64,000 bases of DNA, from contig JBPOIK010000112.1 of NCBI GenBank assembly GCA_052034525.1, positions 29,874 through 93,873 of the forward strand, written 5' to 3'. Every line of letters starts with the position of its first letter. The stretch's first letter is position 1. The notes under the pieces are model-generated. The model was not told the origin of the DNA. It ran no database searches and worked only from the letters and a program-made list of their open reading frames with translations. Made by a program: the position numbers and the translations under genes. The stretch comes from Planctomycetota bacterium (GTDB lineage: Bacteria > Planctomycetota > Phycisphaerae > UBA1845). Of the stretch, positions 29,883 through 40,727 are shown piece after piece.

Positions 29883-30147
29883 GAGGCTCTCCTCATTGGT
29901 GTGATGTTGAACCGAACCAGCCGTGCGGAATACTGTACGGACCGGAATCCCGGTTGTCGAGAGGTGCTGCCTTGCCCACTCGGGGCCGTCCGGTCGTTGC
30001 AGGATGCGGCGGCCGCGTTACGGGAGGGCGTGCGCGCCCATCGCAGCACACGGCAGCCAGGAGCACCGTTGCCGGCAGTCCGCACTTTGTCCTCCGCATT
30101 ACCGCTGCATCCGGGGGCCACGGCCTGGCGCTTTCTTCCCGATTGCC

Positions 30148-32805
30148 CTATCGTGGCGGCTCCTCCTCACCCGCGTCGTCGGTTTGCTCGTCCGGCTCAT
30201 GATCTACGGTGGGTTCGTCCGTCCGTACGAAAGGCAATTCGACCGTTTCCTCCGGCTGGGCAGACGGGGGCGAGGGCTCGTCCCGTCGAAGCATGGTGTC
30301 CATCGGCGGCAAATCGTCCGTTGATCTGACCGTGCTGTAAGAGCTTCGCCAGGCCGGTTTCGGCTCATCTGCTGGAGCGGGCTGCGGCGAAGGGGGAGGC
30401 TCATCCGCAGGCAGAACCTCAGGCTCGACCGCCGGCTCGGATTCCGACATCTCCGCCGGTTCGCTCGGCGGTTCCACCGGCGCCTCCGGTTCGTTTGGCT
30501 CCGGCGCCGCCGACTCACTTGGTTCAGCCGGTTCCGGCTCCGACAGCGGAATCGGTGCGCTCACCGGTTCGTTCGACCACGGTCGGTCCTGTGGTTCCGG
30601 CGGTGCCGGTGGCTCCGGCTCGGGCGGTGCTGGTGGTTCCGGTTCGGGCGGTGCCGGCTCCGGCGGCGGTTCGTCCAATCGGTCCGAGGGCGAGCGCCAT
30701 TCGTACGTCTCCTCCGGCGGCGCGTCGGGGGAGAAACCTTTGTCGCCGACTTCGATCGGTTCGTGCGGCTCCTGCGGGCCGGGTGGCACCTCCGCCGCCG
30801 GCATTCGATCGGGCGGTCCGCGCCTGGCCGCGGCAACCAGCAGCCAGATGGATAACAAAGCGAACGGAACCAGTGGCAGAAGATTGAACCAGAACAGGTT
30901 CGTATATCTGACGTGATGCTCATCCTCTGGCCGCACCATGGAAACGGCCGCGGACGCCGTGTCCGCCCGATCGCCCAGGCCGTACGTTGCGTCAAAACCC
31001 AGCTTGTCCGCCAGCCAGGGCTGGAAATGTCCGGCCATCACCGGTCTGGGCACCTCATCAAAAGGGGTTCTGTACGTCGGATCGTGCCAGGCCCATGCCA
31101 CAAGCCCTCCGACGGCCGCCAGCACGACACTCGTCAGCGCGTATCCGCCGACCAGCCCGGAGGCGGACAACACGCCCCGCGTCTCCGCGTCCGTGACGGG
31201 CTTTCGCCATCGGTCCACCGCGGCCCGGATCAGGCCGCCGACCATCACCGGCGTCGAGATCGACAATGGCAGATACAATCCTACCCCGAAGGCCAGCGAC
31301 GGCACTCCGAGCAACTCCATGACCAGGGCCGCCATCGCGCCGATCAGTATCAGTTCCCACGGCAATTGTCCGGCGAAGGCATCGTCCAGCACGCGTTTGA
31401 TCAATTTTGCCTCGAAGGCCGGCAGCGGATCCGGCGTTGCGTCCGTCTGCACGAATCCCCGCGTCCGATTCAGCATCAGAATCACCGCGGCAATCGCCAC
31501 GGCCGAGACCAGCACGCCCAGCATCTGGCCGATCTGCTGCTTGCAGGGCGTCGCCCGCAGCAGGAAACCCGTCTTGAGATCCTGCGACAGGTCGCCCGCC
31601 TGGCAGATGGCGATGGTCACCAGGGTCCCGACCAGCATGGCCGTCAGCTTCGCCTGCGCGGGATCCGCGTTGCGGCCTCGCGCGAACAGCAGCACCGTTG
31701 CAATGACGACCGCGACGGCCAGCGGCGCTACCGGGCTCCAGGATCCGCCCACGAGGCCCACCAGCCGCGCCGCCACCGCCGCGAACACGAAAGCCCCCAG
31801 CAGCACGCACACGGCGCCCACCGTCGAAAGCCCCAGGACGGAGAAGTGGATCATCACGTAGCCCAGTCCGCCCAGCAGCAGCAGCACCAGCGGCATCGGC
31901 AGGTCGCGGTGTGCGGGTTCCACGTTGCGCCGCGCGAACGTATCCGCGAGTGCCCGGCCGCCGGACGCCAGCACGGTCGGCAGCGTCCGAACCAGAGCCA
32001 GCAGGCCGGCGAACACGACGGCGCCCAGACCGATGTACTGAAGATAGCTTGTGCCGAGATCGTCCGGCCTCATGTCGCGCACGAGCCGCGCGGCCTCCGG
32101 TCGAATCGGCTGCAACGCGTGGTCGCCACACAATCCGATCAGCGGCAGAATCATGAACCAGCCCAGCACCCCGCCCGCGAAGAGGATCACCGCGATCCGC
32201 GGTCCGAGCAGGTACCCCACCCCCAGCAACGCGGGGGAAGCGTTCAGGGAAGCGCTGGTCCGGACCGACGGAATGTCCAGGATGGCCTTCTCCCGCCAGA
32301 ACCCCAGTCCCTGCAGCAGCGAGTACACCCCGCCCACGATAAGCCCGACGAACACCGGCCGCGCGGCGGGCCCGCCCGCGTCGCCGGCCTGCAGGATCTT
32401 GGCGCACGCCACACCCTCCGGGAACGGCAGACGCCGCTCCTCCCGCTCGATAAGCGTGCGACGCATGGGAACCAGAAACAGAATGCCCAGCAGCCCCCCC
32501 AGAGCGGCCCAGATCACCAGCTTGAGCAGGTTCGGCTCACAACCCGTCAACAGAAGGGCCGGAACCGCCAGGATCATGGCTTTGCTCAGCGATTCTCCGG
32601 ATGACGCGATGGTCTGAACGATGTTGCTTTCCAGGAGCGTGCCGCGCTTCCGGAGACCGCGCAGCACCGCCGTCGAGATCAGCGCTGCGGGAATGGACGC
32701 CGCCATGACCAGGCCGAGCTTCAGCCCGACGTAGGCCCCGGCCGCGCCGAAGAGGATTGCCAGCAACAGACCGATCAGAACCGCCAGAGGTGAAAGCTCG
32801 CGCAT
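30148..32805 (-). CDS. OPT-family oligopeptide transporter with a ~225-aa Pro/Glu-rich C-terminal tail
   Basis: The track's 1128-aa ORF (to 33534) runs antisense through hom. ATG 32805 (AGGAG 9 nt upstream) gives MRELSPLAVLIGLLLAILFGAAGAYVGLKLGLVMAASIPAALIS...NIVQTIASSGESL, a typical OPT N-terminus. Many TM segments. Tail PPEPAPPEPEPPAPPEPEPPAPPEPQ... Confidence 0.85.
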   Translation of the reverse strand: MRELSPLAVLIGLLLAILFGAAGAYVGLKLGLVMAASIPAALISTAVLRGLRKRGTLLESNIVQTIASSGESLSKAMILAVPALLLTGCEPNLLKLVIWAALGGLLGILFLVPMRRTLIEREERRLPFPEGVACAKILQAGDAGGPAARPVFVGLIVGGVYSLLQGLGFWREKAILDIPSVRTSASLNASPALLGVGYLLGPRIAVILFAGGVLGWFMILPLIGLCGDHALQPIRPEAARLVRDMRPDDLGTSYLQYIGLGAVVFAGLLALVRTLPTVLASGGRALADTFARRNVEPAHRDLPMPLVLLLLGGLGYVMIHFSVLGLSTVGAVCVLLGAFVFAAVAARLVGLVGGSWSPVAPLAVAVVIATVLLFARGRNADPAQAKLTAMLVGTLVTIAICQAGDLSQDLKTGFLLRATPCKQQIGQMLGVLVSAVAIAAVILMLNRTRGFVQTDATPDPLPAFEAKLIKRVLDDAFAGQLPWELILIGAMAALVMELLGVPSLAFGVGLYLPLSISTPVMVGGLIRAAVDRWRKPVTDAETRGVLSASGLVGGYALTSVVLAAVGGLVAWAWHDPTYRTPFDEVPRPVMAGHFQPWLADKLGFDATYGLGDRADTASAAVSMVRPEDEHHVRYTNLFWFNLLPLVPFALLSIWLLVAAARRGPPDRMPAAEVPPGPQEPHEPIEVGDKGFSPDAPPEETYEWRSPSDRLDEPPPEPAPPEPEPPAPPEPEPPAPPEPQDRPWSNEPVSAPIPLSEPEPAEPSESAAPEPNEPEAPVEPPSEPAEMSESEPAVEPEVLPADEPPPSPQPAPADEPKPAWRSSYSTVRSTDDLPPMDTMLRRDEPSPPSAQPEETVELPFVRTDEPTVDHEPDEQTDDAGEEEPPR
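30599..30665. repeat. 24-bp tandem repeat (~2.7 copies) inside the OPT tail
   Basis: ggcggtgccggtggctccggctcg / ggcggtgctggtggttccggttcg / ggcggtgccggctccggcgg..., encoding (E)PEPPAPP units on the minus strand. Confidence 0.75.
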
Positions 32806-33043
32806 GCCGCATGACTCCTGCCGGATCGGCGGGCGACCTCCGTGCCGCCGCCATGCGAATCTTTCGCCGGGTCGGGCACGCCCACTATATCTTCTGATTC
32901 GGATCGGGCAAACCGGGTGTCTGCCGCCGTCGGGCCGACCCGCCTTGACTTCTACACGAACCCACACGTACAGTTGCCCTCGGATCTGGCCGGCGGACAA
33001 AATCACGGCGGGCGATGGACCCGCCGTCGAGGTGTGGATATTC

Positions 33044-34348
33044 ATGGCGTCGTCGTACAACGTGGGCCTGGTGGGGTTCGGGAATATCGGAACCGGTGTG
33101 GTGCGGGCCCTGGCAACCAACCGCGAGTTGATGGATACCCGCGTGCCGCACCCCATCCGCATCGTTCGGATCGCGGACCGGAACACGCAAACACCCCGCA
33201 ACGCCCCGTTCGATCCGGCCATTCTCACCGCGAACGCGGACGATCTGCTGATCGATCCCGGCATCCAAGCCATCATCGAGCTGACCGGCACCATGGACTT
33301 CGCGCGAGACCTGGTGGCCCGGGCCTTAGCCGCCGGCAAGCATGTGGTGACGGCCAACAAAGCTCTGATGGCCGTCCACGGCGCCGAACTCCTTCGTATC
33401 GCCGTCGAGCACGGCACCTGCCTGCTTTTCGAGGCGGCCGTGGGCGGAGGAATCCCCATCATCCGCACTCTGCACCAGGGACTGGCGGGCAACGATATCA
33501 CCGCCATCCGCGGCATCATCAACGGAACGGCCAATTACATCCTGAGCTGCATGGATGACGACGGGCGGGATTTCCAGACCGCCTTGCAGCAGGCGCAGGC
33601 CCTGGGCTATGCCGAGCCCGACCCCACGTTGGACATCGAAGGCGTCGATACGGCCCACAAGCTTGTGATCCTGGCGAGCCTGGCATTCGGTCAGCGGATC
33701 CGGCTGGAGGACGTATGGGTGGAGGGCATCCGGCGCATTCATCCGCTGGACATTGCGTATTGCCGGGAGCTTGGGTATGTGATCAAGCTGCTCGGCATCG
33801 CCCGGCGTCTGCCGGAGGGAAGCATCGAGGTCCGTGTGCATCCCACCCTGTTGCCCGAGCCGCGTGAGCTGGCGTCGGTGAACGGCGTATTGAACGCGAT
33901 TCGCGTTGACGGCAACCTCACCGGCCCGATTGTGCTGTCCGGGCGTGGGGCCGGGCCCGAGCCGACGGCCAGCGCGATTCTCAGCGACCTGAGGGCCCTC
34001 TCATCCGCCCAAGCCGAGGGTGGGTTGGGTCGGGAAATGCGTCTCTGCGTGCCGTGGCAGGCCACGCGCACTCGGCCCATCGCCCGACTGAAGTCACGCT
34101 ATTATCTGCGATTCGGCTTGCAGGACGTGCCCGGCGCTCTGGCGCAAGTGCTGACCCTTCTCGGCCGGCACGGCGTCAGTGTGGCCTCCATGGAGCAACC
34201 GGCGGAGCACTCCGGAGAGTACGCGCACGTTCTGATTCTGACGCATGAGACCATCGAGGCCAACGTGCAGGCCGCTCTGGCGGAGGTCCGGGCTCTGCCC
34301 GTGAACCGGGACGAGCCGTTCCTGCTCCGCATGGAAGATATGGACTGA
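33044..34348 (+). CDS. hom: Homoserine dehydrogenase
   Basis: ATG 33044 gives MASSYNVGLVGFGNIGTGVVRAL. Also VVTANKAL, GIINGTANYIL and a C-terminal ACT-like region. The track start 32804 is an antisense-overlap artefact. Confidence 0.9.
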   Translation: MASSYNVGLVGFGNIGTGVVRALATNRELMDTRVPHPIRIVRIADRNTQTPRNAPFDPAILTANADDLLIDPGIQAIIELTGTMDFARDLVARALAAGKHVVTANKALMAVHGAELLRIAVEHGTCLLFEAAVGGGIPIIRTLHQGLAGNDITAIRGIINGTANYILSCMDDDGRDFQTALQQAQALGYAEPDPTLDIEGVDTAHKLVILASLAFGQRIRLEDVWVEGIRRIHPLDIAYCRELGYVIKLLGIARRLPEGSIEVRVHPTLLPEPRELASVNGVLNAIRVDGNLTGPIVLSGRGAGPEPTASAILSDLRALSSAQAEGGLGREMRLCVPWQATRTRPIARLKSRYYLRFGLQDVPGALAQVLTLLGRHGVSVASMEQPAEHSGEYAHVLILTHETIEANVQAALAEVRALPVNRDEPFLLRMEDMD

Positions 34349-34374
34349 TTCGCGCTGTCTCCGCGGCGTCGACG

Positions 34375-35973
34375 CTACAGCACCATGCGGGGGTTCACGC
34401 CGCGACGAGTGGACCATTTGAACAGCAGAATGGCCGGCACGCCTCCCGCCGCCCGCAGAATCTCCAGCACAGCCAGCGCCTCAAAGAGGTGTAGAATCGG
34501 ATGAATAGCGACGGCGTTCCGCGCCAGCCCGCCGTAAACGAACGCCGAGGCCGCCAGATGGCCTGCCGCGGCGATCAGCAGCAGGGCCCAGGTCGCCCGG
34601 TTTCGCCGCAGCAGGGCCAGCGCGATGCCCAGCAGCAACACCATGTGCCATTGGGCATACGGAGTCTTGCCGAGGCCCAGATACCCGCCGCGCTGCTCGA
34701 AGCAGGCGTGGTAGCGCTGTGCGACTGTCCCCCAGATCGCGGAGGCCCGGCCGGGCTCCCCATGCATGACCAGGTAACGAGCGAACTCCGGCTTGCTGGC
34801 CTCGTCCATCTGAGAGAAGTCGTAGATCGCCAGCGGCTTGAGTGGTGGGCGGCGCTCGCCGTCTGGTTGGCGGAGGTATGCCGGATCCGGCGTTAACAGC
34901 GAGTCGGCCGTGTGTTCGAGCGTTCGTCTCGGCACGTACAGCGGATTGAGCAACGCCAGGTCCCACCCGGCGGCTGTGATGGCCGCCATCGCCTCGGGCA
35001 TGCGGCCGCCGGTCCGCTCCCAGACGTGGATCGTGTCGGTCAGGCTTTCGGCCAGATCCGGAAACTCTGTGTCCGCGGCAATCCATCCGTCCGCCCGGGC
35101 CTGCTCAAAACGCTTTTTTAGCTCCGTGAGGTCCGGGCTCTGGGCGGTGTTCAGACGTTCCACCGCCACTGTGCGGTGAAACAGGGCCGTCCCGCACAGC
35201 ACGGCCGGCGGGAACCGGCCGAACACACGCTGCCCGTGCATCCAGAATGGAATCATCAGGGCCGCCGCCGGCAGCATGGCGGCCAGGACCGTCCCGACGA
35301 GCGTGCCGGCCCGGCCGTGGGTTCGGATCTCGCGACGCCGCGCGGTCCGCCATTCACGATGAATGCCCGTCGCCGCGCACAGCGGCGGCAGAATCCACCC
35401 CACGGGGCTGGTCAGGCCGGCCACGCCGGCGGCGACAGACGCACCCAGCAGAGTGTCAAGCCGTCCACAGACGTGATGCCGCGCGAGCAGAAACAGGCAG
35501 AGCGTGAAGGCGAACGCGTACAGGACCAGCGGGGAGACGGCGTTAGCGTAGCCGATCAGATGCAGACTGCCTGCGCCCAGAATGGCCGCCACGATGGTCA
35601 GTCCGCGATGCGCCCAGACCGTCCAGGCGATGCCGGCGGTCAGCAGAGCGCAGCCGGCGACCAGGGCGTGCTGCACAAACAACAGGCCGGCGGCGCTGTC
35701 CGCCCGGAACACTGTGAACGCACCGGCCAGCATCAGCGGATAGCCCGGCGTACGGTACTGGGCGTATGGGTGGGAGAAGTCCAGATGGCCTGCGATTCTG
35801 GCCGCCAGGGTGAGGTGTTCCGCCGACTCGTGTGTCACCCAAAGCTGGGATGCCGACCAGGCGATCGTCTGAACCACAACCACGCCCGTGCCCACGGCGG
35901 CCAGCAGTCCCCACGGCAGACGGCGCGGGGAGCGGACGACGGACTCCGGAACCGGGCGATGCAGTCGCTTCAT
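34375..35973 (-). CDS. Polytopic membrane protein, possible GT-C (ArnT/PMT-like) glycosyltransferase
   Basis: 532 aa with about 10 or more hydrophobic segments. YRTPGYPLMLAGAF resembles the first-loop region of GT39/GT83-like enzymes. The functional call is weak. Confidence 0.6.
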   Translation of the reverse strand: MKRLHRPVPESVVRSPRRLPWGLLAAVGTGVVVVQTIAWSASQLWVTHESAEHLTLAARIAGHLDFSHPYAQYRTPGYPLMLAGAFTVFRADSAAGLLFVQHALVAGCALLTAGIAWTVWAHRGLTIVAAILGAGSLHLIGYANAVSPLVLYAFAFTLCLFLLARHHVCGRLDTLLGASVAAGVAGLTSPVGWILPPLCAATGIHREWRTARRREIRTHGRAGTLVGTVLAAMLPAAALMIPFWMHGQRVFGRFPPAVLCGTALFHRTVAVERLNTAQSPDLTELKKRFEQARADGWIAADTEFPDLAESLTDTIHVWERTGGRMPEAMAAITAAGWDLALLNPLYVPRRTLEHTADSLLTPDPAYLRQPDGERRPPLKPLAIYDFSQMDEASKPEFARYLVMHGEPGRASAIWGTVAQRYHACFEQRGGYLGLGKTPYAQWHMVLLLGIALALLRRNRATWALLLIAAAGHLAASAFVYGGLARNAVAIHPILHLFEALAVLEILRAAGGVPAILLFKWSTRRGVNPRMVL

Positions 35974-36166
35974 GCGGTTACGAGCCGAACAGAATCAGCC
36001 AAACCTGATCGTCTTATCGGCCCCTCTTCATGGGTTCTTTCGCAGCGTGTACCAGCGCCTTTTCGGACGTGCGACGTGAGATTTGGCGCGTCCGCGGCGT
36101 CTGAATACTCTCTGTCCCTCATGCCCTTTCTTTCGTGTCGCCGTGCCGTCGCTTCCCCTTCGCGGG

Positions 36167-37591
36167 TCACCTCGCGTTGGCGGCCTCGGGGATGGACGGA
36201 TCGACGCCGTCGATGTCCAGCCCATACCGCTTCATTTTCTTGTAGAGCGTGGTGCGATTGATATCCAAGGCCTCGGCCGTGGCCTGGCGGTTCCAGCCGT
36301 GGGCCCGCAGGGCCGACTCGATGATCTGCTTTTCCGGCCCCTCCAATGCCTGCTTGAGCGGCATGGCGCGGTACTCGCCGGCCGGCACGGCGGGCGCGGT
36401 CATGGCCGCCTGCACGAGCTTGGGCGGCAGATCGGCCCCGGTGATCGTCCGGCCGCGACTGAGCACCACGGCCCGTTCGATGACGTTCTCCAGCTCGCGC
36501 ACGTTCCCCGGCCAGTTGTAGCGCTGGAGGTACTGCATCGCTTCGTCGCTCAGGCCCTGGATGTCTTTGCCGGATGCAGCGCAGAAGTTTTTCAGAAACG
36601 CCCGGGCCAGCAGCGGGATGTCACTGATCCGCTCGGACAGGTCCGGCAGCGTGATGGTCACCACGTTGATCCGGTAGAAGAGGTCCTGGCGGAACCGGCC
36701 TTTGGCGACCTCCTCCTCCAGGTCGATGTTCGAGGCCAGGATCACCCGGACGTCCACCGTCTGCGTGGTATTGCTGCCGACCGCCTCGAACTGTCGCTGT
36801 TGCAGCACCCGCAGCAGTTTCACCTGCAGCGCCGGCGACGCCGACGAAATCTCATCCAGGAACAACGTACCGCCGTTGGCGGCCTTGAACTTGCCTTCCT
36901 TGTCCGCGACGGCGCCCGTGAACGCGCCGCGCACATGGCCGAACAACTCGCTTTCCAGCAGCGTCTCGGGAATGGCGCCGCAGCTCACCTCAACGAACGG
37001 CCCGTCGCGCCGGGCGCTGCGATGATGGATCGCCCGGGCCACCATGGATTTGCCCGTGCCCGACCCGCCCTGGATCAGCACGGTGACGCTGGCGTCCGCC
37101 ACCGCTTCGATCAGGTCGAACACCTTGAGCATGCGATGATCGCTGCCGATGATGTTGTCCAGCCCGTAGCGGGCGTCCAACTGCTGCCGGAGGTTCCGGT
37201 TCTCCCGGATCAGCGAGCGCTGGTTCAACGCGCGCTCCACGACCAGAAGAAACTCATCGTCGTGGATGGGCTTGGTGAGATAGTCATACGCGCCCATCTT
37301 GATCGCCTCCACGGCGCTGTCGATCGTGCCGTAGCCGGTGATCATGATCGTGACCGTTTCCGGATAGCGCTGCTTCATCAGCCGCAGCAGCTCGAACCCG
37401 TCCGATCCGGGCATATTCACATCGGTGATGACAATGTCGAACGGCGCGCGGCCCAGCAGCGCATGGGCCTCGTCGTACGTTCCCGCCCGATCCACGTGGT
37501 AGCCCTCCATGGAAAGGAACTCGCTGAGTGAGTCCACGATGATCGGATCATCATCCACGAGCAGAATCGTCGCCTTGATTTTGTCGTCCAT
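36167..37591 (-). CDS. Sigma-54-dependent response regulator (NtrC family)
   Basis: Receiver domain (ILLVDDD...DVNMPGSDG...KP), AAA+ sigma54-interaction domain ([23 protein letters not shown]), C-terminal Fis-type HTH. Confidence 0.95.
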   Translation of the reverse strand: MDDKIKATILLVDDDPIIVDSLSEFLSMEGYHVDRAGTYDEAHALLGRAPFDIVITDVNMPGSDGFELLRLMKQRYPETVTIMITGYGTIDSAVEAIKMGAYDYLTKPIHDDEFLLVVERALNQRSLIRENRNLRQQLDARYGLDNIIGSDHRMLKVFDLIEAVADASVTVLIQGGSGTGKSMVARAIHHRSARRDGPFVEVSCGAIPETLLESELFGHVRGAFTGAVADKEGKFKAANGGTLFLDEISSASPALQVKLLRVLQQRQFEAVGSNTTQTVDVRVILASNIDLEEEVAKGRFRQDLFYRINVVTITLPDLSERISDIPLLARAFLKNFCAASGKDIQGLSDEAMQYLQRYNWPGNVRELENVIERAVVLSRGRTITGADLPPKLVQAAMTAPAVPAGEYRAMPLKQALEGPEKQIIESALRAHGWNRQATAEALDINRTTLYKKMKRYGLDIDGVDPSIPEAANAR

Positions 37592-37617
37592 AGGTCGCTC
37601 CGCACGGCGGCGGACCC

Positions 37618-38769
37618 TCAGCGATCCGTCACCTCGGTGGCCAGGCTGTCCACGGGGATCTCGACGACAAACGCCGCGCCGCCCTCCGGGCGATTGCAGG
37701 CGGTGATCCGTCCGTGCAGCCGCTCGATGTAGTCCTTGCAGATCGCCAGCCCCAGGCCGGTGCCCTTGCCCTCGTGCTTCGTCGTGAAGAACGGCTCAAA
37801 TACCCTGTTCGCGTCTTGCGGAAGGCCGCAGCCGGTGTCCTCGAAACGAACCACGACATCCCGGTCTTTCACGGACGAAGTGATGATGAGCCGCCCGCCG
37901 TTGGGCATGGCGTCTATCGCGTTTTTGATCAGGTTGCAGAACACCTGGAACAGCCGGCCGCCGCGCACGGGCGGCATCTGCGCGTCGGAGAAGTGGGCCG
38001 CCACGGTGACGCCGTTTCGATCCGCCAGATCACTCAGCGTACGAATCGCCTCCTCCAACGCCGTATTCACATTGCCGCCGCGGGCCTCGGTGTGTGCGCT
38101 GCGCGAGAACTCCAGTAGCTCGCTGATGATGTCCGCCATGCGCAACAGGCCGGCTCGGGCCCGGTCGAGGAAATCCACAAGCTTCCGGGGATCAGCCGGT
38201 TCCTGCTCCGCCAGCCGGCGCGCCAGGCTCAGATATCGCAGAATGCCGTCCAGTGGATTGTTCAGCTCGTGGGCTACCCGGGCGGCCAGTTTGCCGACGG
38301 CCGCCAGCCGCTCCGAGACCGCCAGCCGCCGTTCCAGAGAGGCACGGGGCGAAATGTCTTCCGCCACCAGCACCGCGCCGGCCACGCCGGCACTGCCGTT
38401 CAGCCGCAGGGGGGCACAAAAAAGGTTCAGCAGCCGCTCGTCCCGACCGTCCTCGGAATACAGCACGCTGTCGTACCGCTCCGGCCGCCCGGTATCCATC
38501 ACACGCCGCAACTCCGTCGACCAGTCCTGGTATTGCCCCTCAACGGTCCCGGCGGCCAGTGCATCGCTGATGCTGGAGTGCGTGGGGAACAGCATCCCGG
38601 CCGCCTGGTTGCGGTGTACGATCCGCAGAGCGCGGTCAAAAATGACCACCCCAACCGGGAGGCAGTGGAACAGTTCCTCAGCGATTCCGGCCAAGGGAAT
38701 CGGTGCCGGCTCGGACAGGTCCGTCGGGGGCTGGCCGGCGTCGGGTAGGATGTTGTTGCGATTCGCCAT
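37618..38769 (-). CDS. PAS-domain sensor histidine kinase
   Basis: H-box [13 protein letters not shown] boxes [28 protein letters not shown]-like N-terminus. Confidence 0.9.
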   Translation of the reverse strand: MANRNNILPDAGQPPTDLSEPAPIPLAGIAEELFHCLPVGVVIFDRALRIVHRNQAAGMLFPTHSSISDALAAGTVEGQYQDWSTELRRVMDTGRPERYDSVLYSEDGRDERLLNLFCAPLRLNGSAGVAGAVLVAEDISPRASLERRLAVSERLAAVGKLAARVAHELNNPLDGILRYLSLARRLAEQEPADPRKLVDFLDRARAGLLRMADIISELLEFSRSAHTEARGGNVNTALEEAIRTLSDLADRNGVTVAAHFSDAQMPPVRGGRLFQVFCNLIKNAIDAMPNGGRLIITSSVKDRDVVVRFEDTGCGLPQDANRVFEPFFTTKHEGKGTGLGLAICKDYIERLHGRITACNRPEGGAAFVVEIPVDSLATEVTDR

Positions 38770-38805
38770 ACGTATGAAACGTTGCGTTATGGGAACCTCA
38801 AATGC

Positions 38806-38835
38806 TGCGATATCGCATCATTTATCGGGCGATAA
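38806..38835. promoter_or_regulatory. Two adjacent palindromes upstream of the kinase/regulator operon
   Basis: TGCGATATCGCA (38806-38817, perfect 12-bp palindrome) and TTATCGggCGATAA (38822-38835). They sit in an AT-richer stretch 37-66 nt upstream of the kinase start. Confidence 0.25.
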
Positions 38836-39104
38836 GGCCCAAAAACACGCCGACTTGTGGTTCCTCGTCAACAATATCGGCAAATGGCGATTTCGATCAA
38901 GCTGTATGGTGATTTTTTGAAACATGGCGTCAGGCGGTTTCAGGCAGCGGAGCACCCCTCTTGGGCAGCGGTCAGGCCCGAGGGCGAAAAAAGGGCGGCG
39001 GGAGCCCGGGTGCCGGACTCCGGCGGGTCGGCCGGCTCGGGCGGTGGCCACGGTGGCGATGAGGCCCCGTTCGCGGACATGCCGCCTCGGGAGGATTCGC
39101 GGAA

Positions 39105-40727
39105 TCAGTCTGCCAGGAGCGATTGGCCGGTCATCGCCTCCGGTTTCTCCAGGCCCATCATCTCCATCGCGGTGGGGATGATGTCCGCCAGCGTGCCGCC
39201 TTCGCGCAGGCGGCGGCCTTTGAGCCGGTCGTCCACCACGATCAGCGGAACATCGAACGTGGTGTGGGCGCGCTGAGCGTCGCCGGTGACCGGGTCGACC
39301 ATCTGCTCGCTGTTGCCGTGGTCGGCGGAGATGATCAGGTGGCCACCCTTGGCCAGCGTGGCGTCGACGATCCGGCCGACGCCGGCGTCGACGGTTTCGA
39401 TCGCTCTGGTGGCGGCCGGGATGTTGCCGGTGTGCCCCACCATGTCGCCGTTGGCGAAGTTGATCACGATCACGTCGTACTGGTCACCGGCGATGGCCTT
39501 GAGCACTTCCTCCGTGACCTGCGGCGCGGACATCTCCGGTTTCTGGTCGTACGTGGAGACGTCGCGCGGGGAGGGCACGAGGATCCGATCCTCGCCGGGG
39601 AACGGGTCGTCGCGGTAGTCATTGAAGAAGAAGGTGACGTGGGCGAACTTTTCCGTCTCGGCGCAGCGAAGCTGCCGGATTCCCAATCGCCCCGCATAGT
39701 CGCCGAACATGTCCTGCATCTTCGGCGGCTTGGGGAACAAGACCTGCACGGGCAGATCCTGCTCGTACGCCGTGAGCGTGGCATAGTGCAGATCGAGTTT
39801 TTTCGGCCGCGCGAAGCCCGAGCGGGTTTCCTTGCCCGATTTGTCTCTGGCGGTGAAGGGGAACTCGTCGAACGTAAACGCCTTGGTGATCTCGCGTGGC
39901 CGGTCGCCGCGGAAGTTGAAGAAAACGACGCTGTCGCCGTCTCGGATGGTGATCGGTGCGTTTCCGCCGGGGCAGACCACCGTCGGCTCGATGAACTCGT
40001 CGCCGCGTTGTTCGTCGCGCGTGGGGTGGTCATAATAGCGCTGAAACGCCTCTTCCGCCGACGCGACCCGGTGCCCTTCGCCCTGAGTGAACATGCGGTA
40101 CGCCCGCTCCACGCGGTCCCAGAAATCGTTTCGGTCCATCGCATAGTATCGACCGCAGACCGAGGCCACCCGTCCGATGCCGATCTGCCTCATTTTCGCC
40201 TCGATCTGCCGGATGTATTCGATGCCTGCGTCGATGGGCGAGTCGCGTCCGTCACCGAAGGCGTGCAGGTACACGCGGTCCGCCGGGAACGCGAGCCGCT
40301 TGCCCGTCTCCAGAATCGCGTGCAGGTGGCCCAGCACGCTGTGTACGCCGGCGTCGGAGCAGAGCCCCATGATGTGGACGCCGCCGCCGGTGCGACGGGC
40401 CCGCTCGTATGCCCCGACCAGGGCGTCGTTCCGGTAGAATTCCCCGCTGCGGATGGCCTTGTTGATCCGCATGATTTCCTGGTCCACCACCCGGCCGGCT
40501 CCGATGTTCTGGTGTCCGACCTCGCTGTTGCCCATCACGCCGTCCGGCAGGCCGACGGCTTCCCCGCTGGTCCGGATGAGGACGTGGGGATAGTCCCGCC
40601 GCAGCCGGTCATCCACCGGCTTTCGGGCCAGGTAGATGGCGTTGGTGTCGTTCTGCTTCGGATCCGGGTTCTGGCCCCAGCCGTCGCGGATGATCAACAC
40701 AAACGGTCGACGCTTCAGAACGCTCAC
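39105..40727 (-). CDS. gpmI: 2,3-bisphosphoglycerate-independent phosphoglycerate mutase
   Basis: VLIIRDGWG, GLPDGVMGNSEVGHQNIGAGR, ADHGN. GTG start at 40727 with GGAAGGAG 8 nt upstream. Confidence 0.95.
   Translation of the reverse strand: MSVLKRRPFVLIIRDGWGQNPDPKQNDTNAIYLARKPVDDRLRRDYPHVLIRTSGEAVGLPDGVMGNSEVGHQNIGAGRVVDQEIMRINKAIRSGEFYRNDALVGAYERARRTGGGVHIMGLCSDAGVHSVLGHLHAILETGKRLAFPADRVYLHAFGDGRDSPIDAGIEYIRQIEAKMRQIGIGRVASVCGRYYAMDRNDFWDRVERAYRMFTQGEGHRVASAEEAFQRYYDHPTRDEQRGDEFIEPTVVCPGGNAPITIRDGDSVVFFNFRGDRPREITKAFTFDEFPFTARDKSGKETRSGFARPKKLDLHYATLTAYEQDLPVQVLFPKPPKMQDMFGDYAGRLGIRQLRCAETEKFAHVTFFFNDYRDDPFPGEDRILVPSPRDVSTYDQKPEMSAPQVTEEVLKAIAGDQYDVIVINFANGDMVGHTGNIPAATRAIETVDAGVGRIVDATLAKGGHLIISADHGNSEQMVDPVTGDAQRAHTTFDVPLIVVDDRLKGRRLREGGTLADIIPTAMEMMGLEKPEAMTGQSLLAD

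Noticed and set aside
30148-33534. 1128-aa ORF in the track, the longest in the window
   Set aside because: It is a chimera. Residues upstream of MRELSPLAV (ATG 32805, with AGGAG) are Arg/Pro/Ala-rich nonsense that runs antisense through the homoserine dehydrogenase gene. The true OPT gene is 30148..32805.
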